Below are positions 8,855 to 19,100 of a stretch of DNA of 64,000 nt, one piece after another. The DNA is taken from IMG/VR virus record IMGVR_UViG_2974529408_000001, positions 2,893 to 66,892 of that record, one strand, 5' to 3'. The notes beneath the pieces are model-generated. The model saw only the letters and a list, made by a program, of their open reading frames with translations. It was not told the DNA's origin and made no database searches. The position numbers were made by a program, and so were the translations under genes. Each line of letters opens with the position of its first letter. The first letter of the stretch is position 1. The DNA is from a virus. Taxonomy: Duplodnaviria > Caudoviricetes.

Positions 8855-9256
8855 ATGAGTCGATTCATCGATGACAACAAGCCATTCACCGAGGAGGACA
8901 TTGAGTACCTCCAGACTCGGCCGGATGGCGAGTACCGGATCAGCCTGAACCAGGCTCGGTTCGGTGACCTCTCGGACGAAGAGAAGTCGGAGGTGGCATC
9001 CCAGAAGGATGCTGACGACGAGTTCGACGCCCAGGAGGAAGCCCAGATCGAAGAGGCCATCGCCGAGTCGGAGCTGGACTTCGATGACGATGTGATCGCC
9101 AAGGTCGAACCGCTCTCCTACAATGAGCTTCGCCAAGCGGCGAAGAAGCACGACCTGGATGCCAGTGGCACCAAGGAAGAGCTTCAGGACCGCATGCTGG
9201 AGTTCTACCAGGAGCAGAAGGAAGCGTCGACCACCGTCCCGGTGATCAACGACTGA
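8855..9256 (+). CDS. acidic protein with C-terminal SAP-like motif
   Basis: LSYNELRQAAKKHDLDASGTKEELQDRM matches the SAP consensus. Confidence 0.7.
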   Translation: MSRFIDDNKPFTEEDIEYLQTRPDGEYRISLNQARFGDLSDEEKSEVASQKDADDEFDAQEEAQIEEAIAESELDFDDDVIAKVEPLSYNELRQAAKKHDLDASGTKEELQDRMLEFYQEQKEASTTVPVIND

Positions 9257-9268
9257 CCTCCGCAAGGG

Positions 9269-9309
9269 CGATGGAGGGGAGGCTGGCAATGCTGGTCTCC
9301 CCTTCGTCG
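9269..9309 (+). terminator. stem-loop after capsid operon
   Basis: CGATGGAGGGGAGG pairs with TCTCCCCTTCGTCG (G-U pairs allowed); weak U-tract. Confidence 0.5.
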
Positions 9310-9387
9310 TACTTGAATCCGGATGAGGGGAACTCTCCCCTTCCCTACCCTTCAAAATACGCACCCGGCAGGATGAGGTGGCTCTGA

Positions 9388-9699
9388 ATGGCGCTGATAG
9401 ACGACGTTAAGGCGGCGCTCCCCGGCGATATGCCGAACTGGACCGACCAGTACATCGAAGAGCAGATCGCAGACGGCAAGACTCTGGCTGGAATGCTGGC
9501 TTCGGCGTGGCAGCAGAAGGCAACCAAGCTCTATGCGCTCGTGGATGTTGCCGAATCTGGCTCCAGCCGCAACATGTCTGGCGTGTACAAGAATGCCCTT
9601 GAGCTGGCTCGGTACTGGAAAGAGATCGCCGACAAGGAAGAGGATCGGGCCACCGTAGGCCGACCTCGTTCCCGAGTCCACAAGGCAGTCCGAGTATGA
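9388..9699 (+). CDS. head-to-tail adaptor
   Basis: Size and position; DVAESGSSR motif. Confidence 0.6.
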   Translation: MALIDDVKAALPGDMPNWTDQYIEEQIADGKTLAGMLASAWQQKATKLYALVDVAESGSSRNMSGVYKNALELARYWKEIADKEEDRATVGRPRSRVHKAVRV

Positions 9700-10073
9700 C
9701 CGATCTCAACTTGGATCTGCTACGGCAGCAGACCGTTGACTTCATCAACACCGACCCGACTCCCATCACGCTCAAGACCACCACCATGTCCCGCTTGCCT
9801 GGCGGAGGGTACAAGAAACTTGGCGATATTGACCGTGAGCCGCAGATATTCAAGCTGATCTGGCAGGGCGGAGGAGGATCGGTCACATCGGATGATGGCG
9901 TGGACTCACAGTACGACATGATCTTGCTGGGGGTGCACGATGCTGAGATGGAGATTGGTGACTACTGGACGTATGAAGGCGTCAAGTACGTGATCCAAGA
10001 GTTCCTTCCCGGCAGTGGATACCAGCGCAAGGCCAAAGTCAAGGCGTTTGGAGCGAAGCCAATTGGGGGCTAA
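9696..10073 (+). CDS. head-to-tail stopper
   Basis: ATGA overlap; beta-rich IGDYWTYEGVKYVI; position. Confidence 0.6.
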   Translation: MTDLNLDLLRQQTVDFINTDPTPITLKTTTMSRLPGGGYKKLGDIDREPQIFKLIWQGGGGSVTSDDGVDSQYDMILLGVHDAEMEIGDYWTYEGVKYVIQEFLPGSGYQRKAKVKAFGAKPIGG

Positions 10074-10416
10074 GTTCAAGTACAACGACGGAGAGATTCG
10101 TCGTGAGTCCAGGAATCTTGACCGCAAGTTGGAGAATGCTGTTGAGCTGATCATTGACGCCGGGGCAACCCGAGGCGAAGCCTACATGAAGAACAATGCC
10201 CCGTGGACCGACCGAACAGGTGCCGCCAGGTCTGGTCTTACGACCATGACGCACCACGAATCGGATCAGAGCACCGTGGTCTTTGCCCATGCGGTAGACT
10301 ATGGTATATGGCTTGAGGTCAAGAATGACGGAGAGTACGAAGTGATCATGCCATCGGTGCTGCACACTGGCAAGGAAATCATGGATGACTTCCGAAATCT
10401 GTTCGAGAGGCTGTGA
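10063..10416 (+). CDS. HK97 gp10-like neck protein
   Basis: APWTDRTGAARSG ... VDYGIWLE motifs; TTG start with GGAG RBS. Confidence 0.75.
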   Translation: MGAKFKYNDGEIRRESRNLDRKLENAVELIIDAGATRGEAYMKNNAPWTDRTGAARSGLTTMTHHESDQSTVVFAHAVDYGIWLEVKNDGEYEVIMPSVLHTGKEIMDDFRNLFERL

Positions 10417-10844
10417 TGATCGAGGCACTGTATGACCTCCTGGTCAACGATGGCGACCTGGCGGACGAGGGATTTGACGATGAGTCCATCTTCCCTAATT
10501 TCACCATCCACAATGAAGGCCCGATCACGAGTCCTCGTGACAAGATGTTCATCACTGTCAAGTACGGGGAGCAGGCAGTCCGCAGTAACGTGATGCGCCG
10601 TGGCCCAGAAGTGATCCAATTCAACGTGCATCGTCCGGTTGAACTCGGGCCAGATTACAGGGCCATTCGAGATGTTCTGGATATCATCATCGCCATCATG
10701 GCTGAGGCCGAGAACTTCACATTCCAGAAGTATCGAATAACCAATACCCGGTTCATGGGGCTTGGTGCAGACTTGCGCGATCCTGGGTTCAATACCTTTA
10801 CCAAAGGTGTTGGATTCGAGATTCTTTCTCATCGCGTAGGGTAA
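10413..10844 (+). CDS. tail terminator
   Basis: Position and size between neck and major tail genes. Confidence 0.55.
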   Translation: MMIEALYDLLVNDGDLADEGFDDESIFPNFTIHNEGPITSPRDKMFITVKYGEQAVRSNVMRRGPEVIQFNVHRPVELGPDYRAIRDVLDIIIAIMAEAENFTFQKYRITNTRFMGLGADLRDPGFNTFTKGVGFEILSHRVG

Positions 10845-10852
10845 GATAGTCC

Positions 10853-11302
10853 GTGAACGAGAGGATCAGAAAAGTGCCCCGAGCGAAGAGCAGCCAGAAC
10901 CCAGTGGAGACCGACGAGTCCGCTGCCTCCATCGAGAACACCGAGGGCTTTGACGAGACTCTTCACAACGCCGACAATCTCGACGTTGAGAAGGTCATCA
11001 AGGCCAACAAGGGTGAACTCGATGAGGGCGAGCAGGGCGAGGTCGCCACTCGTAAGGTCGAGTTCGTCAAGTACGTTGGAAAGGCCACCCACCGGACCAT
11101 CGAGTCCGGAACGTGGCCGACTGGAGTCAAGAATCAGGACCTGACCGCTGAGTGGGGGTTCTTCAATGGCTTCAAGATTCCGGCGGCGTCGTTCACCGAC
11201 GATCAGCTCCACTACCTGCTGGAGGCAGTGGACCAGGAAGGCAAGCGCCTTGATCCTGGCTTCGAGCTGGTCGAGGAAGACGTGACGATCTCAGGTGCCT
11301 GA
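10853..11302 (+). CDS. hypothetical acidic protein
   Basis: 149 aa, phage-like codon usage; starts just after a TAAGAT -10 candidate (possibly leaderless). Confidence 0.7.
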   Translation: MNERIRKVPRAKSSQNPVETDESAASIENTEGFDETLHNADNLDVEKVIKANKGELDEGEQGEVATRKVEFVKYVGKATHRTIESGTWPTGVKNQDLTAEWGFFNGFKIPAASFTDDQLHYLLEAVDQEGKRLDPGFELVEEDVTISGA

Positions 11303-11483
11303 TCTGAGGTGCGAGAATAAATTGCATGGGGTGGCCTTGCCCAATGGGCAAATCGAAGTCGCATGCAATTCTCGATACTGTGGTAAAGGCCCCGGTGTAA
11401 CGGTGTTGCATCGGTTTGATCCAGAGAGTGGTGCTCTCCTGGAGACGAAACGATTCAAGACCCCAGGAAAGGGAACCCAATGA
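11295..11483 (+). CDS. small zinc-ribbon (Mu Com-like) protein
   Basis: DLRC...IEVACNSRYC pattern; overlaps both neighbours. Confidence 0.55.
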   Translation: MPDLRCENKLHGVALPNGQIEVACNSRYCGKGPGVTVLHRFDPESGALLETKRFKTPGKGTQ

Positions 11484-12337
11484 CCAGTCCCATGCCGGTC
11501 GCTCTGCCGTATGGCATCCGTGATTGCAAGCTCACCCCCTACTCGGATTCGAGTGGAACCGTCCTCGGCAACACCTCCATCGACCTGCCCTACATGCAGA
11601 CCTTCAGCTTCTCGGAGACCGAGGAGTTCCAGGAGCTGCGAGGCGATGACAAGGTCATCACCACTCGTGGCCAGGGTGCCCAGGTCGAATGGTCGCTGGA
11701 GTCGGGTGGCATCTCGCTGAAGGCGTGGGCCGTCTTCACTGGCGGAACCGTCACCGAGTCGGGCACCACTCCGAACCGCAAGGTCACCCTGCGGAAGCTC
11801 GCGACGGCCAACCGTCCGTACTTCCGCATCGAGGGCCAGGCCATCTCCGATTCGGGCGGCGACCTCCACGCCATCGTCTACCGTTGCCGTTGCAACGACA
11901 CCATCGAGGGTGAGTTCGCCGATGGCGAGTTCTTCGTGACCTCGGTGTCCGGTCTGGGTCTGCCGCTGCTGGACAGCGACTTCGATCTCCTGTACGATTT
12001 CGTCCAGAACGAAACCCTTCAGGCGATCTCGTCCACCCCGGCTGCCAACCCGTTCGGACCGCCCAGCGGCCTGACCAACGGTGCGGTTACCGCCACCAGC
12101 GTCGTGCTCAACTGGGCCGAGGTTGCCGGTGCCACCGGCTACAAGGTCGAGAAGTCGAGCGATGGTGGCTCCACCTGGTCGAGCGCCGGTACCGATCCCG
12201 CGGACGGTTCGACCACCACGCTCACCGCGTCCACTCTCACCGCGTCGACGACCTACCTGTTCCGCATCTCCACCAAGAAGAACGGAACCACTTCGTCGCC
12301 GTCCGCTCCGATCAGCGTGACCACCCCGGCCACCTGA
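11480..12337 (+). CDS. major tail protein with C-terminal fibronectin-III-like domain
   Basis: PYGIRDCKL, ELRGDD motifs; C-terminal PPSGL...TSVVLNW...GYKV...LTASTTYLFRI FN3 pattern. Confidence 0.85.
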   Translation: MTSPMPVALPYGIRDCKLTPYSDSSGTVLGNTSIDLPYMQTFSFSETEEFQELRGDDKVITTRGQGAQVEWSLESGGISLKAWAVFTGGTVTESGTTPNRKVTLRKLATANRPYFRIEGQAISDSGGDLHAIVYRCRCNDTIEGEFADGEFFVTSVSGLGLPLLDSDFDLLYDFVQNETLQAISSTPAANPFGPPSGLTNGAVTATSVVLNWAEVAGATGYKVEKSSDGGSTWSSAGTDPADGSTTTLTASTLTASTTYLFRISTKKNGTTSSPSAPISVTTPAT

Positions 12338-12380
12338 TCCTGATCAACAGACAACGGTTTAGGAATCCAAGGAGATCCCA

Positions 12381-12857
12381 ATGTCCAAGTACGAACCCAC
12401 AGCCTGGGGACAGTCTGACGACCTGATTGACATTCCCCTGCCTTCGGGCCAGCTGTGCCAGGCGCGAACTCTGGAGATGGAAGATATCATCCGTCTCGGC
12501 CTGATCAACGATCTCGACACCTTCTCGTCTGCATTTGGCGACGACAACGAGGATCGAGATGGTATCGAGTTCCTCAAGTCGGTCACCGACAGCGGTGCCT
12601 TCGACAAGCTGACTCGTACTCTCAACATCGTCGTGGTGGACCGTGTGGTACAACCGAAGGTCTACGCCGTTCCTGACCAGAAGAAGGAGCGGAAGGCCGA
12701 CCGAATCTACATCGACCAGATCAAGTTCACCGACAAGATGGCCATCTTCAGCGTGGTCTTCAAGGGTCTCGGTGATATGGGCGACTTTCGCGAAGAATCG
12801 GGAGATGGTGTGGGAGCTGTGGAATCGAAGCCAATCGTTGAGGGTGCGCCCCTCTGA
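12381..12857 (+). CDS. tail assembly chaperone (G)
   Basis: AAGGAG RBS; between major tail and tape measure. Confidence 0.8.
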   Translation: MSKYEPTAWGQSDDLIDIPLPSGQLCQARTLEMEDIIRLGLINDLDTFSSAFGDDNEDRDGIEFLKSVTDSGAFDKLTRTLNIVVVDRVVQPKVYAVPDQKKERKADRIYIDQIKFTDKMAIFSVVFKGLGDMGDFREESGDGVGAVESKPIVEGAPL

Positions 12858-13182
12858 TCTAGTCGGCTTCACCGACTCCATCAAGCGATTCTACTTTGAC
12901 CGAGGCGTCTGGCTATTTGGCACTAAGGTCGAAGCGGCACTCCAGCAAGCTGAGCAACAGGCACGGAAGAACAAAAAGAAAACATCTCAAGCAGCTGTGA
13001 ACATGGCCCGGCAACAGGTATTGGACAAGATGCTTAAGATACCGGCTGAACGACGAGCCAAGAGGTTCAAGGACCCAGCCATCCAGTTTCAAGGTCCCGC
13101 AAGCGGGAAGTCCGGTGGACAAAAGATAGCCATGTCGGATAATCGCAACGAGATTGAACTGGGGGCGGGATTCCTTGGCTGA
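12787..13182 (+). CDS. tail assembly chaperone T segment (via +1 frameshift at TTT-CGC, or own ATG at 12805)
   Basis: Overlapping +1-frame ORF FAKNREMVWELW...FYFDRGV ending at the tape-measure start. Confidence 0.7.
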   Translation, partial: FAKNREMVWELWNRSQSLRVRPSDLVGFTDSIKRFYFDRGVWLFGTKVEAALQQAEQQARKNKKKTSQAAVNMARQQVLDKMLKIPAERRAKRFKDPAIQFQGPASGKSGGQKIAMSDNRNEIELGAGFLG

Positions 13183-16100
13183 CTATGATCTTGGTAGGGC
13201 GCATGGCGAGATCGTCATTGACCATGACGAGCGCGCCAACAAGGCCACCGAGCGCGCCCTACGGGAACTCCGCGATGACATTCGGGCACTTGATCGACAG
13301 ATCAAGGACCTCAATGACACGATGCGTCGGCAGGCTGCCCATCTTCAAGCTTCCAGCCGTGCCGCTGATCATGCCTCTGCATCAACGAACCGGCTGACCG
13401 CTGCTCAACGGCGCAATGCCGTAGCCGCTCGGACCATGACAGCGGCGAACGTAACTCTGGGCAGGTCTCTTCGGAGTACTGGCAATCTTGCCACTGGAGC
13501 CGTACAAAGCCTGGCGGAGTTCGGTGCCAGCTATGTGGGAATCAAGAACGTTTCGTTCGCCGCCAAGGACATGGGCGAGAACATGGTCCGCCTTGGGGCT
13601 ACGCTCAAGCGAGTCAGCTACCGTCTGGACCCGTACCTCAGTGCCGTTCAGAACGTCAACATCGGTCTGAAGTGGACCGCCATGCGGTCGGCCCAGGCAT
13701 CGGCTGCACTTGCCAAGTTTGGTAATTCAGTTGGCATCGTCAGCCGTAACCTGCGAGACAGCTCAGCTGCATTCCGTGATAGCCAAAAGGCCGCATACGC
13801 CCATGCGGAAACCCTGTCCAACACGTACCGGAACATTCGGGTACTGGGCACGGAGATCCAGAACGAATACGTCAACATCGGTGCCCGGTTCGTCAAGAGC
13901 TTGGGACGGATGACCCTGACGGTCGGCGGACTCCGCAAGGCTCTGGCTGAGATGCCGCCTGCCATGAAGGCCATCTACAGCGCATCAATGGCAGTGGTTA
14001 CCGTTGCCAATGCCCTGGACAACATTGCCACGAAGGTCAAGACTGTCGGTGCAGCTTTGGGCTCTCTGGCCAGCGCAGGTTTTGCCAAGGCCACGGATGC
14101 AGCCAAGGCTATGGTGGCCTCTACCACTGCCGCCGCAGCTTCCCTTGCCAACGTCACCAAGGGGTTCGTCGCCGCTCGGATCGCCGCTCTGAAGTACGCC
14201 GCAGGAGCGGCACAGGCTGCCGCTGCCAATCTGCTAATCTCCAATACTTCTCGACGTACGCGGCTCATCATGGCTCAGTGGGCGGGGGTTCTCACTAACA
14301 ACGCCAAGGCCGCAACCAATTTCGTTCGTAGCACGAGCGGCTTCCAGGCCAGCGCTCGTGGTATCCGCCGAGTGGCCACCGCCTTCACCTTGTTTGGTGG
14401 ATCAGTCGCAGGGGCCATGACCCGAGTCGGCGGGCTCAATGTTCTCCGAAACCTAACGGTCCCCTTGAGGGGGTTGGCCCGAAACTTCATTGAGACGAAC
14501 GCTCATGTCCAGGCGTTCCGAAAGCGTCTCACTGACGCTGGAGTAAGCACCGCCCGCTTTGGTCGTACCCTCGGCGGCATGGGTGCAGGCGTCACGAAGA
14601 TGGCCAGCGGCATGCTCACTGCTGTGAGCGGCGCGGCGATGCTTCGACGGGCACTCACCGGCTTCAAGCCGCTCATGAACAAGATCGTATTTGGCCTCCA
14701 GGCCATAGTCCTCGCTGCGGTAGCAGTCGGCGCAGCTGGCGGACTGATCATGGGGTTGGGCAATGCCCTCAAGCAGCTGTCTGGCATTGTTGGCATTCTG
14801 CCCGGTGCCATCTCTGCCGCTGCACTTGCCCTTGGGCCGCTGATCATCGGCTTCATGGGACTTGCCAAGGCCATTGGTGCGGGCACCAAGGAAGGCGAAG
14901 AGTTCACCAAGGCCATCGAGGGCATGTCGCCTGAGATGAAGAAGGTGGCCTTTGCGGTCAAGGATGTCAAGGGTGAGTGGAAAGAACTCAAGGAGATCAC
15001 CACTGACACCATCTTCAAGGACTTCGATCAGGAAGTCCGAGGAATCACCAAGGATGTTCTGCCTTCTCTGAAGGTCGGCCTGAAGCAGGTCTCGGGTGGT
15101 CTCAATGATTTCATTCAGCAGATCACCAGCCACCTTCGTGAGCCGGAAACGATCCACAAACTCAACGCTGCCTTCACCGACACTGCGAACCTGACGACCA
15201 ACCTTGGTCGAGCATTCGGTCCGTTGCTTGATGGCATGCGAGAGTTTGGCACCGAGGGTCTGTCCATCCTGGCTCGAATGAGTCGGTCGGCATCCAACAT
15301 GACTTCGGTGTTCGCGGTATGGGCAAAGTCCATGACCGTGAAGGATGCCGAGACTGGAATGAGTCGACTGGACGCTATTGTCCAGCGAAGCATTCGGGGT
15401 TGGGGTCAGCTTGGCTCTATCGTCAAGGACGCCTTTGGCATTGTGGGAGACTTCTTCCATGCCATTGGTCGGTCCGGAACCAACGCTCTTGATCGTTGGG
15501 CTCGTAGCATTTCTGATGTTCGCCAGAGCCTCCAAGAGATGTACGCCGATGGCGGAATCAAGACGATGACCGCCGCATTCACGACGCTTGCTGGACACAT
15601 GCAGCAGGCTCTGAAGATCGTGGTTGATGGCTTCCGTGACCTTGGCGAAAGCATTGGTCCGGAGCTTGCCAATATTACTCAGGCGTTCTCCGTAGGCTTC
15701 GTCAATGGCGTTCGCAAGGCCGTAGAAATCATTGGCTCCTTCATCAAGCTGGTCGCCAATATCCCTGGCATTGATTCGATCATCGGTATCGCTGCCAGCA
15801 TGGTGACTCTGTTCAAGGCCACCCAGTTGGTCTTTGGCATGTTCTCCAAGCTCGTGGCCATTCTGGTCGCCCCGATCATGCTGTTCAAGGGTCTCACGAG
15901 TTCCATCGTCGGCTACATTGCAGCAGTCAAGGCAGGAACCACTGGCACCGCATTCATGGCTCGTGCCTTGGACCGCCTGAAGATTTCCGCAGTTGGTGCC
16001 CAGACTGCACTCGGCGCAATTGGTGCAGCCCTCGGTGTCGCCTTGGTGGCATTTGCCAGCTGGGCATACTTCTCTGAGAAGAGTCGCCAGAAGAATGCTG

Positions 16101-19100
16101 AGGTTGAGGCCAGCATCAAGAAGACCACGGAAGGTCTACATGACTTCCGTGATGCGGTATACGAGGCCAATGGCGCCATCGACACCAAGGCAATGGATGC
16201 GCTCGCCGTGTCCATTGAGGGCATGTACGAGCAGCTCACCCAGAAGGCGAACTCTGACGCCACTGGCATCAAGGAGTTTGCTCGACAGGTTGACAACATC
16301 AGCCAAGTCGTTACCTTTGGTATGGCTGGTCGAGATGACCACGAGAAGGAAGCCAACCAAATTGACGATGTGGCTCGGGCTGCTGAGAGGGGCAAGCAGA
16401 AGCTTGACTCTTATGGCATGTCCATGGCCGACATTGGCAGGGTTGCCTCTGGCTCCGAGGCCGACTTCCTGGCCTTCCGCCAGAACTTCGTCAACATGGG
16501 CAAGGATGGTGCCGATGTTGTTCAGCTGCTAGACAATGCTCGGGCCAAGGTTACAGCTGTCACTGACGCCGCGAAGGCCATGGGGCCAAGTGCACTTAAC
16601 ATCTCCAATGGCCTGCGGAAGATGGGCGAAGAGGGAGCGTCCACCACCGACAAGCTTGAAGGTCTCAAGCAGGTCTTGCAGGGGCTTGGCCTGATCCAGA
16701 CGTCTGCCGAACAGCAGATGTTCGAGTACCAGGAAGAGCTGAAGAAGCTCGGCGATACGAGCCAGTACGTCGTTGACCAGAATGCCAAGCTTGGCAAGGC
16801 GATGACCGATGTCAACGGCAAGCTGGACCCGCGCAACTCGAATGCCCAAGAGCTCAACAAGGTTCTCCAGGGAATCTCTGACAAGTTCCTGGCGAATGCG
16901 GCAGCAGGCAATGATGCTGGCCAGATGTACAAGGACCTCCTGCCCCAGATTCGCAAGGTTGGAGAAGCCTACGGATTCCAGGGCGACGAGATTCTTGAGG
17001 TTATCAAGAACTACGGTATCGTTCCTGCCGAGGTTAGCACCATCATGGCTCTGGTCGGTGCTGATTCGATTGAGCGGGACATTGCTGGTCTGCTCTTGCA
17101 GATTGATCAGCTCACCAACAAGCCGAAGACAATCAGCATCGAAAGCCAGGCGGCAGTTGATCAGCTGAAGGCCCTCGGAGTCGCGGTCGGCAACTTCAAC
17201 GCAGAGACCAAGACTGCGGAAGTCTCGCTCAAGCCCGGCCAAAATGCCGAGCAGGTGGCAGCGAGCCTCACCGCCTGGCTTAGCCAGAATGTCGAGGTTG
17301 ACCCGAAGCTCAAGCCTGGCTTCCAGCAGAACCTCAAGAAGGAGCTGTCAGGCCAGCCTCCTGTTGAGGTGCCGGTCAAGCCAGGTGTTGCTAGGCAGGA
17401 GCGCATACCAGCTAACGCAGGCGCTGGTGGGGCATCCACCCCGACCCCGACTCCGCAGGCACCTTCAAACCCTCTTCAGCCAGTAGAGCAAAGTGCCAAG
17501 GAGGCCGAATCTGGGGTAAACAACCTCAAGAAGGCCATGGATGGCCTCAAGGACGTTGTTGTCACCGTCAAGGTCTTCGGAACCAACGAGGCCGCAGTTG
17601 GCGCTGAGCGACTCCGTACCGCATTGGATGCGGTTCGTGAGAAGGTCGTCAATGTCAAGGTCTATGGCACGAACGAGGCTGCTGGGCCTGCCGAGCGACT
17701 GCGGGCTGCCCTCGATGCCATCAAGGATGTAACGGCCACGGTCACGATTGAGGGCCTGGACGCGATGAACGAAGCGATGCTTCGTACCATCGAACTCCTG
17801 GATGCAATCGGGAACTCTGCCGAGAAGGCGGCGACCAAGGTATCTGAATCCTTCAGATCCATGAAGACCGCAGCTGAAGAGTTCAAGACTCTCGTGGCTA
17901 CGATCAACGCCCAGCTGGTTACTCTTGCCAACTCGGGCTTCACTCGTGGACAGACTCTGGGCCAGGGCTTTGCCAATGGTATCCTGAGCAAGGTTGATGC
18001 TGTCCACGAAGCGGCGACTGAACTCGCTAAGGCGGCGGCCAAGCCACTTCCGAGCTCACCGGCTAAGACTGGCCCGTTCTCTGGTCGAGGATGGACCCCT
18101 TACCGAGGCAAGGCACTAGCCAAGGGATTCGCCGATGGCATCGCGGCAGGCACTGGCAGTGTCCAGTCTGTTTCGCTTGACCTGGCGCGAGCAGTGGCCT
18201 CAGCGATTGACGAGATAAACGTTGCATGGAGCGGTGTCGACACCAACTTCGATGCCAACCGTGACATTCCTGGTGCCAAGAAGTACTACCGTGATCCGGA
18301 AATCTCAAAGGCCGAACTGGAGAAGGCACGACGGGAGCGGGCCGAGGAAGAAGCTCAGCAGGCCAAGGATGACGCATACCGTGCCTCCAAGAAGGCAGGC
18401 GAAGACCTGCCTGAGCAGGAGTCCAAGGTCAAGGATGCCGAGCAGAAGGTCCGTGACGCTGAGAAGGAACTCAAGGAGGCCAAGGACGCCGAAGATACCA
18501 AGCGGGCCAAGGACCGGCTTGCCGAGGCTCAGGTTGACCTCAAGGAGCAGCGAGACGAGCTGAAGCGAATCAAGGATCAGGCAGCCAGCAACCCTGGCGC
18601 CGCGGCATCTGGTGCAGCAGGGGCAGGAACCAAGGGTGGCCTACGGCCCAACCCGAACCGGACCGATTACATCGCGGCGATGACCGACATTGCCAGCCGG
18701 TTCAACCTCCAGATGACTTCGGGCATGCGGGATGAGCCGGGTAGCTACCATAGCACTGGAACCGCTGCCGACTTCTCGAATGGCTCTGGCAATACCGATG
18801 AGATGCTGGCATTCGCCAACTTCATCAATGACAACTTCAAGCCGTGGACCAAGGAGCTAATCTACCAAGACCCGCGCTTCTCGGGCAAGCAAATTGGCGA
18901 CGGCAAGAACGTTCCAGACAGCTACTATGCTGATGCCGGTGACCATACCAACCACGTTCACTGGGCGGTCAGCGAGGCCCCTGAATGGACCGGCGCAATT
19001 GGCAAGGCCGTCACGGACTCCATCAACGAGGGCGCATCTGATGGTGCTCGAAAGGCTGAGCCTGGAGTAGCCAAGTCGATGGAAGGGGCGATGACCGTCC

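Noticed and set aside
7630-9102. Long minus-strand ORFs (also 569..1609, 14453..15598, 41179..42351 and others)
   Set aside because: Antisense shadows of GC3-biased plus-strand genes; no RBS or recognisable motifs
12381-12857. Canonical -1 slippery heptamer in the tail chaperone
   Set aside because: The downstream ORF is in the +1 frame and no suitable heptamer was found in the overlap
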